Below, one piece after another: positions 11,278-20,700 of a stretch of 64,000 bases of DNA. Source of the stretch: an uncultured Alphaproteobacteria bacterium (lineage in GTDB: Bacteria > Pseudomonadota > Alphaproteobacteria > Acetobacterales > Acetobacteraceae); the NCBI GenBank assembly GCA_963792345.1, contig CAWBVV010000003.1, forward strand, positions 302,205 to 366,204, in the 5' to 3' direction. How positions within the stretch are numbered: position 1 is the stretch's first letter; the number at the start of each line of letters is the position of its first letter. The notes beneath the pieces are model-generated. The model did not search any database. It was not told the DNA's origin and saw only the letters and a program-made list of their open reading frames with translations. The position numbers and the translations under genes were made by a program.

Positions 11278-12777
11278 GTGAACACCATCAACTCGCCGCT
11301 TTTCGGTCTCTCCCAGCGCCTCCCTCCCTCCAACGTCCAGGCGGAGCAGGCCTTGCTCGGCGCCTTGTTGGCCAACAACAAGGCCTATGAGCGGGTCTCG
11401 GAGTTTCTCGCGGCGGAACACTTCGCCGATCCGATCCATGGTCGGATCTACCAGGCGATCTCCCGCCGCGTCGAAGCGGGGCAACTCGCCGACGCCGTGA
11501 CCCTGAAGGCCGAATTCGAGCATGCCGGCGTGCTCGAGGAAGTGGGCGGCACCGCCTACCTGACGCAGCTTCTGACCGCCATGGTCGGCATCATCAACGC
11601 CGGCGACTACGGCCGGGCCGTGCTCGACACCTGGATGCGCCGCCAGTTGATCGATATTGGGGAAACCGTCGTCAACAATGCCTTTGGTGCCGATCCGGAA
11701 CTGGACGGCGCACTGCAGATCGAGGCCGCCGAACAGTCGTTGTTCGATCTTGCCGCCGACAACGGCACAGGCGGCGGCTTTGTCACCTTCGAGCGTGCGC
11801 TGACCGACGCAATTCTTGGCGCCGAACGGGCCTTTCGCCGGGCCGGCAGTGTCTCCGGACTTACCACGGGGCTGCGCGACCTGGACAGCAAGATGGGCGG
11901 CATGCATCCGTCGGACCTGCTGATTCTTGCCGGCCGCCCTGGCATGGGGAAGACCGCGCTGGCCACCAAGATCGCGTTCGGCGCGGCCAAGGCCATCCAG
12001 GCCGAAGCCCGGTTGAACGATCCGAACGGCATCCCCAAGGCGACCGTCGCCATCTTCTCCCTCGAAATGAGCTCGGAACAGCTTGCCACGCGCCTGCTCA
12101 GCGAGGAGGCACGCATCTCCGGCGACCGCATCCGCCGCGGCGACATCGGCCAGAAGGATTTCGACAAGTTCGTCCAGGTCTCGCGGGAGATTGCCTCGCT
12201 GCCGATCCAGATCGACGACACCCCCGCGATCACCATGTCCGCCCTGCGCACCCGCTGCCGGCGCCTGAAGCGGACCAAGGGGCTGGCGCTGATCATCATC
12301 GATTATCTTCAGCTCATGCGCCCCGCCGCCGGCACCAAGCCGGAAAGCCGCGTGCTGGAAATCAGCATGATCACCCAGGGCCTCAAGGCACTCGCCAAGG
12401 AACTCGCGGTTCCGGTCATGGCGCTGTCGCAGTTGTCCCGCCAGGTCGAGAACCGCGACGACAAGCGTCCCCAGCTTGCCGACCTTCGTGAATCGGGGTC
12501 GATCGAGCAGGACGCCGACGCTGTCATGTTCGTCTACCGCGACGAGTATTACCTCGAGCAGAAGATGCCCAAGGAGATCGCCTTCGACGGCAACGGCGAG
12601 AAGTTCCATGCGGCGATGGACGAGTGGCAGCAGCGCATGGCCAAGGCCCATAACCGGGCCGACCTGATCATCGCCAAACAGCGGCATGGTCCGACCGGGT
12701 CCATCCCGCTGCTGTTCGAGGGCGAGTTCACCCGCTTTGGCGACATCGACCTCGTCCACTCGGAATATGTCGACTGA
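11278..12777 (+). CDS. dnaB: Replicative DNA helicase
   Basis: AEQALLGALL, LAGRPGMGKTA, IDYLQL, DLRESGSIEQDAD, KQRHGPTG. Confidence 0.99.
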   Translation: MNTINSPLFGLSQRLPPSNVQAEQALLGALLANNKAYERVSEFLAAEHFADPIHGRIYQAISRRVEAGQLADAVTLKAEFEHAGVLEEVGGTAYLTQLLTAMVGIINAGDYGRAVLDTWMRRQLIDIGETVVNNAFGADPELDGALQIEAAEQSLFDLAADNGTGGGFVTFERALTDAILGAERAFRRAGSVSGLTTGLRDLDSKMGGMHPSDLLILAGRPGMGKTALATKIAFGAAKAIQAEARLNDPNGIPKATVAIFSLEMSSEQLATRLLSEEARISGDRIRRGDIGQKDFDKFVQVSREIASLPIQIDDTPAITMSALRTRCRRLKRTKGLALIIIDYLQLMRPAAGTKPESRVLEISMITQGLKALAKELAVPVMALSQLSRQVENRDDKRPQLADLRESGSIEQDADAVMFVYRDEYYLEQKMPKEIAFDGNGEKFHAAMDEWQQRMAKAHNRADLIIAKQRHGPTGSIPLLFEGEFTRFGDIDLVHSEYVD

Positions 12778-12840
12778 GTTGGCGCGGAAAATGTTGACTG
12801 AAGTGGCGCCGCCGGCAGCGCCCGTCATCGCCCGGGCGCG

Positions 12841-13959
12841 ATGGCAAGGGCGAACTGCCCGAACCGGCTTGGACGGGGGCAGGTAGGGGTGGGTTCCCCA
12901 GAGCACGCGATCCTTGAGATTGATCTGGGGGCGATTGTTGCCAACTGGCGGGAGCTTTGCCTGCGTCACCCATGGGGTTCCGTTGCCGCCGTCGTCAAGG
13001 CCGACGGTTATGGACTGGGCGCCCGGCCCATCGCGGCCGCCTTGCACGCCGCCGGATGCCGCCATTTTTTCGTCGCCTACCTGAAGGAGGCGCTGGCGAT
13101 CCGTGACGCCGTGCCCGGCGCGATGTTGGCCGTCCTGTCCGGCTTGATCCCCGGCACCGAAGACCACTACGTCGCCCATGGCCTGACCCCGGTGCTCGGT
13201 TCGTTGGACGAGATCGCCCGCTGGCGGGGGCGGGGCGGCGATGCCATCCTGCACATCGACACCGGCATGTCCCGGCTTGGCCTCTCCCCGGGTGAGATGG
13301 CACGGCTGGCTGACGACCGCACCTGCCTGGATGGGTTGGCGGTCCGCTATGTCATGTCCCACCTGGTGTCGTCGGAGGTGCCGGATGACCCGATCAACGA
13401 CGATCAGCGCCGGCGCTTCGCCGCTGCCCTGACCGTGCTGCAAGCCGCGTCGAGCAGCCTGGCGAACTCGTCGGGGATGTTTCTTGGCGAGGGGTTCAAA
13501 TCCGACCTCGCGCGCCCCGGCGCTGCCCTTTATGGCATCAATCCGACGCCCGGCCAGCCCAATCCAATGCGCTGCGTCGTGCGGCTGCTGGTCCGTGTGC
13601 TTGCCGTGCGCGACATCCCGTCCGGCGCCGGCGTGGGCTACAACGCCACCTGGACCGCTGCCAGACCGAGCCGGATCGCGACCGCGGCGCTGGGGTATGC
13701 GGATGGATTCCACCGCAGTCTGTCCGGCCGCGGATCGGCGTATTTTGACGGCACCCCTGTCGCACTGGTAGGCCGCGTCTCCATGGACCTGACCACATTC
13801 GACGTGACCGATCACCCCGCTGTGCAACCTGGTTGCTGGCTGGAGATTCTGGGCCCACATCTTTCCCCGGACGATGTCGCCGATGCCGCCGGCACGAATG
13901 GGTATGAGGTGTTGACGTCCCTGGGCCGCCGCTTCCATCGGGTGTATCGAACCGCGTGA
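12841..13959 (+). CDS. alr: Alanine racemase (true start may be GTG ~12888)
   Basis: AVVKADGYGLG, HIDTGMSRLG, GRVSMD, GTNGYEVLT. Confidence 0.97.
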   Translation: MARANCPNRLGRGQVGVGSPEHAILEIDLGAIVANWRELCLRHPWGSVAAVVKADGYGLGARPIAAALHAAGCRHFFVAYLKEALAIRDAVPGAMLAVLSGLIPGTEDHYVAHGLTPVLGSLDEIARWRGRGGDAILHIDTGMSRLGLSPGEMARLADDRTCLDGLAVRYVMSHLVSSEVPDDPINDDQRRRFAAALTVLQAASSSLANSSGMFLGEGFKSDLARPGAALYGINPTPGQPNPMRCVVRLLVRVLAVRDIPSGAGVGYNATWTAARPSRIATAALGYADGFHRSLSGRGSAYFDGTPVALVGRVSMDLTTFDVTDHPAVQPGCWLEILGPHLSPDDVADAAGTNGYEVLTSLGRRFHRVYRTA

Positions 13960-14741
13960 TCAATATTCTGGACTTCCCCGCTTCCATCGGCCGGACCGTG
14001 CTCGGTCTGTGCCGGACCACCGGCGCCTTGGCGTTGTTCGGACTGGAGGGCCTGTCCCACCTGTTCCGCCCGCCGTTCTACGGCCGCCTGTTCCTTCGGG
14101 CGCTGCTTGAAATCGGCTATTTCAGCCTGCCGGTCGTCGCGCTGACCGCGGTCTTCACCGGCATGGTGCTGGCCCTGCAGTCTTACACCGGCTTCGCGCG
14201 GTTCTCGGCGCAGGGGGCGGTGGCCAACCTCGTGGTCCTGTCGGTTACCAGGGAGTTGGGGCCGGTCCTCGCCGGCCTGATGGTTGCCGGCCGGGTCGGC
14301 GCCGCGATGGCCGCCGAACTCGGGACGATGCGGGTCACCGACCAGATCGACGCGCTTTCCACCCTGTCCACCAACCCCATGAAGTACCTTGTCGCCCCCA
14401 GGCTGGCCGCCGGGATCATCGCGCTTCCGCTCCTGGTGGTCGTGGCCGACGTTCTCGGTGTCATGGGCGGCTTCATCGTCTCTACCCTGAAGCTTGGGTT
14501 TAACGTGGAAAGCTACGTGACCAACACGGTCAATTTCGTGCAGACCGAGGACGTGGTTTCGGGCCTGGTGAAGGCTGCGGTATTCGGGTTCCTGATCACC
14601 TTGATGGGCTGTTACCAGGGCTACAACAGCAAGGGCGGCGCCCAGGGCGTCGGATCGGCGACCACGCTCGCGGTGGTCAGTGCCTCGATCCTGATCCTCG
14701 CTTTCGACTACGTGCTGACCGAGATGTTCTTCGCCCAGTAG
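13956..14741 (+). CDS. mlaE: MlaE-family ABC transporter permease
   Basis: RELGPVLAGLMVAGRVGAAMAAELGTMRVTDQIDAL. Confidence 0.95.
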   Translation: MINILDFPASIGRTVLGLCRTTGALALFGLEGLSHLFRPPFYGRLFLRALLEIGYFSLPVVALTAVFTGMVLALQSYTGFARFSAQGAVANLVVLSVTRELGPVLAGLMVAGRVGAAMAAELGTMRVTDQIDALSTLSTNPMKYLVAPRLAAGIIALPLLVVVADVLGVMGGFIVSTLKLGFNVESYVTNTVNFVQTEDVVSGLVKAAVFGFLITLMGCYQGYNSKGGAQGVGSATTLAVVSASILILAFDYVLTEMFFAQ

Positions 14742-14785
14742 CGCGCGGCGTAGCGCACCGCCGGCCGGCGGACGCAGCCCTGAGG

Positions 14786-15205
14786 TCACTCAAGCACGCC
14801 CCAGGACAGCACGCGCTTGATCCGCACCGCGATGACCGGAAGCGGTGCCAGCACCATCGACCGGTACTGCGCATAGCGTTCGCGCAATTGGTCCTGCGCC
14901 CGGTCGTGCTCCTCTCCCGCGGCCAGGATGTCGGCGGATCCCCGCAGCATGACCCAGGCGAGGCGGGTCCAGTCCTCGTCCCAGCGGTCCACCGTCACCG
15001 CCACCAGCGGGTTCTCCGAAATGTTGCGCAACCGCCTGAGCGGGATGTCGGTGCGCTTGGGTTTCTCATCCACGGTGATGTAGAGCGAATGATCGTCCAC
15101 GCAGAAGCATACCGGCATCAGATGCGGTGCCCCGTCCCGCCCGGCGGTAGCCAGATGGGCAACCCGGGTGCGGTCGAGGAAGCGTCGTTGCTGATCAGTC
15201 AACAT
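14786..15205 (-). CDS. PPOX-class (Rv0121-like) putative F420-dependent oxidoreductase
   Basis: RVAHLATAGRDGAPHLMPVCF...VDEKPK...LRRLRNISENP...DRWDEDWTRLAWV. Confidence 0.85.
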   Translation of the reverse strand: MLTDQQRRFLDRTRVAHLATAGRDGAPHLMPVCFCVDDHSLYITVDEKPKRTDIPLRRLRNISENPLVAVTVDRWDEDWTRLAWVMLRGSADILAAGEEHDRAQDQLRERYAQYRSMVLAPLPVIAVRIKRVLSWGVLE

Positions 15206-15266
15206 GGCGGCACCATAGCGCGGGGAGGTGTCGAGTTGTCGATGGTGCTCGCCAACGCTTGCAACC

Positions 15267-15308
15267 CAAGGAGGGGGCATTCAAGGAGGGGGCACCCTGG
15301 GGGGAGCA
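15267..15308. repeat. 15-bp degenerate tandem repeat, 3 copies
   Basis: CAAGGAGGGGGCA twice plus a degenerate third copy, in the PPOX/argD divergent intergenic region. Confidence 0.7.
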
Positions 15309-15346
15309 TCCAGCCTCTGGCATCGAGCCTGCTCCTGCCTTTGGCA

Positions 15347-15376
15347 TTGACAAAGTTACCGGCATCCGGGCAATTG
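15347..15376 (+). promoter_or_regulatory. Putative sigma70 promoter of the argD leader
   Basis: Perfect TTGACA at 15347-15352; -10 element weak. Confidence 0.5.
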
Positions 15377-15399
15377 CCTGCATGCATCAAGCATCCCGC

Positions 15400-15465
15400 A
15401 TGATCATCGCTGCCAGCCGACGTCGCCGTTTGTTCACGGGGACCGGAGGTTTGCGCGCGCTGTAA
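15400..15465 (+). CDS. Putative Arg-rich leader peptide MIIAASRRRRLFTGTGGLRAL
   Basis: Four consecutive Arg codons CGA CGT CGC CGT, followed by a terminator and argD; alternative in-frame ATG at 15382. Confidence 0.7.
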   Translation: MIIAASRRRRLFTGTGGLRAL

Positions 15466-15484
15466 AGCGAGTCTGTAGATCGAC

Positions 15485-15527
15485 CACGAAGGCCCCCGCC
15501 GGAAGCGACGGGGGCCTTCGTGCTTTC
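15485..15527 (+). terminator. Attenuator terminator hairpin upstream of argD
   Basis: Perfect 14-bp stem CACGAAGGCCCCCG / CGGGGGCCTTCGTG, 10-nt loop, then CTTTC. Confidence 0.8.
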
Positions 15528-15565
15528 AGGGTCCGTGTCGCTCCGTCCTTATCAACCAGGAGCAC

Positions 15566-16756
15566 ATGATGACCAAGGCCAGTACATCCCAATTCGACGC
15601 GGTGATGGATATTACGCGGCGCCCGGACGTTGTTTTCACCTCCGGCCAAGGTTCGTGGCTGGAGGACAGCGACGGGCGGCGCTACCTCGACTTCATCCAG
15701 GGCTGGGCGGTGAACTGCCTGGGTCACGCGCCTCCGGCGATCCTGCGCGCACTGGCGCGGCAGGCGGAGCGGCTGATCAATTGCAGCCCGGCGTTCTACA
15801 ACGACCAGATGATCCGCCTGTCCGGGATGCTTGCCCGGCACAGCGGGCTGCATCAGGTGTTCCTCGCCAACAGCGGGGCCGAGGCCAATGAGGGGGCGGT
15901 CAAGCTGGCGCGCAAGTGGGGTGCCAGGAACCGCGGTGGAGCGTTTGAGATCATCACGATGGATCACGGTTTCCACGGCCGGACGCTGGCGATGATGTCG
16001 GCCTCCGGCAAGCCACAATGGGAGCCGCTTTTCGAGCCGAAAGTGTCCGGTTTCGTGAAGGTGGCGTTGAACGACCTGGCGGCGGTCGAGGCGGCGATTG
16101 GCGAACGGACCGCCGCCGTCATGCTGGAACCGATCCAGGGCGAGGCCGGCGTTTTCGAGGCGACGGATGGATTTCTGCGCGACCTGCGGGTGCTGACCCA
16201 CGACCGGAACGTGCTGCTGATCCTGGACGAAATCCAAACCGGTATTGGCCGCACCGGCCGGGTTTTCGGCTTCGAGCACGCCGGTGTCGCGCCCGACATC
16301 ATGACCCTCGGCAAGGGGCTGGGCGGCGGTGTGCCGCTGGCGGCGCTGGTTGCCCATCGCGACGTCAGTTGTTTCGACCATGGCGACCAAGGCGGCACGT
16401 TCGGCGGCAACCCGCTGATGGCGGCGGTAGGTTGCGCGGTGATGGAGGAAATCACCAAGCCTGGTTTCCTGGCGCGTGTGACGCAGGCCGGGGCGGTCTT
16501 GACGCGGCATCTGCAGGGGCTGTCGCGCAAGCACGGGTGCGGTGAGGTGCGGGGCCGGGGTCTGCTGCTTGCGCTCGATCTGAAGCGTGAGATCGCCACG
16601 CGGGTGTCGGACCTGGCCTTGGCGCGAGGCCTGCTGGTCAACGCGCCGCGGCCGGATTCGCTGCGGTTCATGCCGGCGCTGACGGTCAGTGACGGAGAAA
16701 TCGAGCAGATGGCGGCGATCCTTGACGGCGTGCTGGAGGATGTTGCGCCGGGTTGA
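15566..16756 (+). CDS. argD: Acetylornithine aminotransferase
   Basis: [61 protein letters not shown]; AGGAG RBS. Confidence 0.93.
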   Translation: MMTKASTSQFDAVMDITRRPDVVFTSGQGSWLEDSDGRRYLDFIQGWAVNCLGHAPPAILRALARQAERLINCSPAFYNDQMIRLSGMLARHSGLHQVFLANSGAEANEGAVKLARKWGARNRGGAFEIITMDHGFHGRTLAMMSASGKPQWEPLFEPKVSGFVKVALNDLAAVEAAIGERTAAVMLEPIQGEAGVFEATDGFLRDLRVLTHDRNVLLILDEIQTGIGRTGRVFGFEHAGVAPDIMTLGKGLGGGVPLAALVAHRDVSCFDHGDQGGTFGGNPLMAAVGCAVMEEITKPGFLARVTQAGAVLTRHLQGLSRKHGCGEVRGRGLLLALDLKREIATRVSDLALARGLLVNAPRPDSLRFMPALTVSDGEIEQMAAILDGVLEDVAPG

Positions 16757-16846
16757 GCGGCCGGTTTCCCGGCTGGCGGGGTTTACGGACGCAGCGCTGC
16801 GGTGTCGCCGATGTTCGGGAAGGGCTTTGCCGCGCGCTGGTGCTGG

Positions 16847-17095
16847 TCACGCAAGGGCGTTGTCCCATCCGATGGCTGATTGTGCTTGCGTCGGCGGGGC
16901 CGGCCTAAAGCCCGGGCCACCTTCGGCGGTCGCTGCGCGAGGCTTGACCCCGGCCCCGCCGACGAAGCGAGGCTCGGTATCGGATTGTCGCCGGGTTTGG
17001 CCAGGTTCGGTGTGCCTTTCCCGGCGCGCGCGGTCTCGGTCCGCTCGGCCTTGGTGCGCCCTATCCGGAAGGACAACCTTTCGGGGCAGGGACAG
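16847..17095. repeat. Dispersed structured repeat, copy 1 (contains ~40-nt insertion)
   Basis: GATTGTGCTTGCGTCGGCGGGGCCGG...TTCGGCGGTCGCTGCGCGAGGCTTGACCCCGGCCCCGCCGACGAAGC; 14-bp perfect stem 16890-16903/16950-16963. Confidence 0.9.
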
Positions 17096-17803
17096 CTAGA
17101 GAGGGGTTTGCGGTCGCCTCGGCTCGCGGATGCCGCTTTCGCCCTTTACCTGGTTGTTCCGATGATTCCACCTGCTCGGGCCACGCTGCATCAGCGTGGA
17201 GCCGAGGAGATCGGCTTTGACGCTGGCGGGCATCGCGCGGTGGAGTTCGCTCGCCACGCCGGTCAGGACGTCGGCCCAGATCTGGTCGGTGCCGCGCTGG
17301 GCAGCCGTGACATGGGCGGCGCGGGATCGGAGTTCGGCCGCGGCGGCGGTCATGCCCTCGGCCCATTGTTCGCTGTCGGGTTTGGTTTCGGAGAGGGGTG
17401 GCTGCTCGCGGGCGATTGCCGGCTGCCGCGATGGGGCTTGGCCGGTGCGGTCGGGCGGGACGGCGGAGCGGGATTTTTCCAGGCTCCCGGCGTGGCGCAG
17501 GGACAGGCGGTTGAGTGCGTTGGCATTGCCGCGCAGCCGCAGCTTCATCGCCGACGTGACGTCGGGGCCCATGGACAGGCGCAAATTGTCGAGGGCGGTC
17601 AGCGACAGGCCGACGATCTGGGTCACGGTCAGGAGTTCCGCATGGTTGCGCGGGGCGTAGGCGTCAATCGCCTCGCGAGCGGCGGCCTGGACGGTTGCCG
17701 GGTCGGTCAGACCGCCTGCCGTCAGCAGCGAGGCGAGGATACCGAGCAGGAATTCCATCAGCGGGCTGTCCGGGGTCGCGGCTTGGGCAGGCGGACGGGT
17801 CAT
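17096..17803 (-). CDS. Hypothetical all-alpha protein, LexA box upstream
   Basis: 235-aa ORF with protein-like composition (AAREAIDAYAPRNHAELLTVTQIVGLSLTALDNLRLSM...KLRLRGNANALNR). Confidence 0.75.
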   Translation of the reverse strand: MTRPPAQAATPDSPLMEFLLGILASLLTAGGLTDPATVQAAAREAIDAYAPRNHAELLTVTQIVGLSLTALDNLRLSMGPDVTSAMKLRLRGNANALNRLSLRHAGSLEKSRSAVPPDRTGQAPSRQPAIAREQPPLSETKPDSEQWAEGMTAAAAELRSRAAHVTAAQRGTDQIWADVLTGVASELHRAMPASVKADLLGSTLMQRGPSRWNHRNNQVKGESGIREPRRPQTPL

Positions 17804-17894
17804 GGGACGGGATCGCCGGTGCGGAGCAGGCGGATTTCAGGATACTGGCCGGGGCTGAAAAGTGGCGCGGAGGAGTGGGCCATACGGGCTTTAA

Positions 17895-17909
17895 GTTCGT
17901 GTTATGTTC
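17895..17909. promoter_or_regulatory. Alphaproteobacterial LexA (SOS) box
   Basis: GTTC-gtgttat-GTTC, exact GTTC-N7-GTTC with AT-rich spacer, ~90 bp upstream of the 17803 start. Confidence 0.8.
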
Positions 17910-18013
17910 TGTTGGTGATATGACATGGTGGAGCGGCGCGGCCGGTGCAAGGGGCGGGATGAAAGAAGCGGCCGCGACCTTGGTGGGGTGCTATGCGGCG
18001 GGAGCCGGGAGTC

Positions 18014-18212
18014 GCTACCAAGGACGTTGCCGCGTCCGATGGATTATTGTGCTTGCGTCGGCGGGACCGGCGTCAAGCCCAGGCCGCCTTTGGCGGTCGC
18101 TGCGCGAGGCTTGACCCCAGCCCCGCCGTCGAAGCCAGGCTCGGTATCGGATGTGTCGCGATATTTGGCCAGGCTTGGTGCGCTGGTCCGGATGGACAAC
18201 CTCCTTGGGAAG
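18014..18212. repeat. Dispersed structured repeat, copy 2
   Basis: ATTGTGCTTGCGTCGGCGGGACCGGCGTCAAGCC...GGCGGTCGCTGCGCGAGGCTTGAC...GAAGCCAGGCTCGGTATCGG. Confidence 0.9.
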
Positions 18213-18377
18213 CTACACTTGGTACCCCGGTTCGCTCACCCGTGGGACATGGCTTGAGGCGCTTTTGGTGCGGAGGAATGGATGAGTATCACGCCTTTAA
18301 CATCAAGCGGCGCCAAGCGAATTCTTAACGAGGGGCTGATAATCAATCGAAGCGCTAACGCCAAACGGATCGCGGTT

Positions 18378-18578
18378 TCACTGCTGTTGAGCCCTGCCGC
18401 ATGATTGGGCCGCCTCCATGTCCTCCTCCCGTTTGGCCTCCTCCCGTTTGGCTTCCTCCTCAAATTCCTTGGCAACCAGACGAAGCGCGGCTCTCAGCCG
18501 CAGGTCATCGCCATCCTCCGACATTTTGCGGAAGCACTCGGCCCTGGTGCGCAACACCGTGGCGGAAATTGTTGTCAT
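18378..18578 (-). CDS. Small hypothetical helical protein (66 aa)
   Basis: MTTISATVLRTRAECFRKMSEDGDDLRLRAALRLVAKEFEEEAKREEAKREE; contains a 15-bp internal duplication. Confidence 0.55.
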   Translation of the reverse strand: MTTISATVLRTRAECFRKMSEDGDDLRLRAALRLVAKEFEEEAKREEAKREEDMEAAQSCGRAQQQ

Positions 18579-18756
18579 TTTGCGATAACTGGCGAACGTT
18601 TCGTGGAGAAACGGGCGATCCGGCTTGCTGCAGTAGCAGAGGGAAGGTCTTCGGGATTGGCTTGCCGAGCCGCGGTGAGGGCGAGTCGCATACAATGGCC
18701 TCCGGGGAGACAATGCGACACAGTCGCGTGGTCCTCAACGTCAGCCGGACGGCAGT

Positions 18757-19752
18757 TCAGGACAAAGCAGAGTCACTTCCACCATTCACTTCAGATGAAT
18801 TAGTGGTTTGGAACCGAAACCGGTATTCCTGGGGAGTTACATTCAGCCTGCGGAGAAATGCCCGCCTGAGAGTCGCTGTCGATCCGAATCCGGCTGCGAA
18901 CGCGATCGTTTTAATTGACGAAGTTGTTTCTTCCAGTTGCCGCCGGGCGATCTCGATGCGGGTGAGTTCGACATAGGCCGCAGGGGTGATGCCCAACTCG
19001 GCGTGGAACAGTCGCGACAGATGGCGCGGGCTTACCGCGGCCACTTCGGCGAGCACCGCAAGATGTAGATCTGAGCGCGGGTTCTCGAGGATGTGAAGGC
19101 GAATTCTGTCGATCGGACCGGTGGCTGCGGTCTGTGCCGTCAGCACGGCGCTGAACTGCGACTGGCCGCCGGGCCGCTTCAGGAAAACGACAAGCCGGCG
19201 CGCCACCCATAGCGCGAGGGCCCGACCATGATCTTCCTCGATCAACGAAAAGGTGAGGTCGATAGCCGCCGCCACGCCGGCGGAGCTGAATACGGGTCCG
19301 TCGCGCACGAACAGGCGGTCGGCTTCGAGCTGGATGTCGGGATATTCAGCGGCAAGTCGGTCGGTATACTGCCAGTGGGTCGCGACGCGGCGCCCGGACA
19401 GCAGTCCCGCATGAGCCAAAATGAAGGCGCCCGTGCAGGTCGAGCCATACCGTCGAGCGTGCCTTGCCTGCTCCCGCAGCCAGCGCGTGACCTCCTCGCT
19501 GGGACGATCTGGCACATCATGAGGTCCTACCACGATCAGCGTGTCGGAAGGTTCGGTTGCCTCGTCCAGCCCTTCGTCGGGCACAAATCGCACGCCGGAC
19601 GCACTCTGCAGAGGCGTTCCGCGCTCAGCTACCAGTCGAACACGATAGAACGGTCCGGATCGCAGCTTTGAGTTGGCCTCGAACAGTGAATCGCGCACGC
19701 CGGCAACTTCGAGCAAATGGACGTTGTCCGGAGCGAAGATCGTGATGAGCAC
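18757..19752 (-). CDS. GlxA-family (DJ-1/PfpI + AraC HTH) regulator
   Basis: STCTGAFILAHAGLL, ATHW, SSAGVAAAIDL, KRPGGQSQFS, C-terminal AraC HTH. Confidence 0.95.
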   Translation of the reverse strand: MLITIFAPDNVHLLEVAGVRDSLFEANSKLRSGPFYRVRLVAERGTPLQSASGVRFVPDEGLDEATEPSDTLIVVGPHDVPDRPSEEVTRWLREQARHARRYGSTCTGAFILAHAGLLSGRRVATHWQYTDRLAAEYPDIQLEADRLFVRDGPVFSSAGVAAAIDLTFSLIEEDHGRALALWVARRLVVFLKRPGGQSQFSAVLTAQTAATGPIDRIRLHILENPRSDLHLAVLAEVAAVSPRHLSRLFHAELGITPAAYVELTRIEIARRQLEETTSSIKTIAFAAGFGSTATLRRAFLRRLNVTPQEYRFRFQTTNSSEVNGGSDSALS

Positions 19753-20016
19753 GTCATGTTCTCCGATTTGGTTGACTGGCGAAGCCCGCGTCTCTTGCCT
19801 TACCGATATCCCTTCACTCTGTTACCTGGAGTGTTCGCCAGTGTCATCGGTGCGGCGAGTTGTCTCCCTCAGGCATTTGATTTAAGGGTGCAACTGCTGC
19901 TGCACCCTTGGCCTTCGCCGAGAACGGGGGTGTGCAAGCGGCAAGTGGCTTCGCGGGACCCGGAACGCAAGGCAATCCGCGCGCCTCCCGCGCAATCGCG
20001 CCTGCCGCGGTCCCAT

Positions 20017-20080
20017 GGTGGCGCCTTCAAGATGGAGGTAGCGCCTTCAAGATGGGGGTGGCGCCTTCAAGATGACGGTG
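20017..20080. repeat. 20-bp tandem repeat, 3 copies
   Basis: GCGCCTTCAAGATG at 20021, 20041 and 20061. Confidence 0.9.
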
Positions 20081-20121
20081 ATCCGGCCAGGATCATCCGT
20101 ATCAGTGGCGGGTGACGCGGG

Positions 20122-20700
20122 TCAGAGGAATCTCAGCGCCAGGAATCCGCCCAGGATGCCGACGGCGAGCGCGCTGGTGACCAGGGTCAGGCGGCGTTCG
20201 ATGAAATCGCGAACCGAGTCGCCGAAGAAATGAAGCAGGGTTGCCACCAGGAAGAACCGCAGGCCGCGGGTCAGTAAGCTTGCTGCCATAAACAGGAAAA
20301 AATCGAAACGTGCGGCGCCGGCGGCAATTGTTACGATTTTATAAGGTATGGGGGTCATGCCTTTAATCAGGATGATCCACAGCCCGTATTCCTGGAACTT
20401 TGCCTGAAACGCGGCATAGGCGTCGCCATAGCCGTATAAGTTGAGGATCGGGCGCGCCACCTGGTCGAATACTGCGAACCCGATGAGGTAGCCGAGTGCA
20501 CCGCCGACGACGCTCGCAGCGGTGCAGATCGCGGCGAAGCGCCACGCTGACCGAGGCTTTGCCAGCGCCATGGGCACCAGCAGGGCGTCGGGGGGAATGG
20601 GGAAGAAGCTGCTCTCGGCGAACGCAATGAGCGCCAGCCACCATCCGGCGTTGGGGGAGGCGGCCAGCGCCATCACGCGTGTGTATAATCTTCTCAGCAT
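20122..20700 (-). CDS. YqaA/DedA family membrane protein
   Basis: FAESSFFPIPPD, TPIPYK, RGLRFF. Confidence 0.93.
   Translation of the reverse strand: MLRRLYTRVMALAASPNAGWWLALIAFAESSFFPIPPDALLVPMALAKPRSAWRFAAICTAASVVGGALGYLIGFAVFDQVARPILNLYGYGDAYAAFQAKFQEYGLWIILIKGMTPIPYKIVTIAAGAARFDFFLFMAASLLTRGLRFFLVATLLHFFGDSVRDFIERRLTLVTSALAVGILGGFLALRFL

Noticed and set aside
9142-13938. Long minus-strand ORFs 9142..11037 and 11134..13938
   Set aside because: Antisense shadows of the hydrolases, dnaB and alr, typical of high-GC codon bias.
18240-18380. AT-richer intergenic stretch, possible sRNA or CtrA half-sites
   Set aside because: No terminator, stable structure or full consensus site was seen.
20017-20080. 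Possible mini-CRISPR (also 42262-42336)
   Set aside because: Units are directly tandem with no unique spacer-length sequences, and no cas genes are present.
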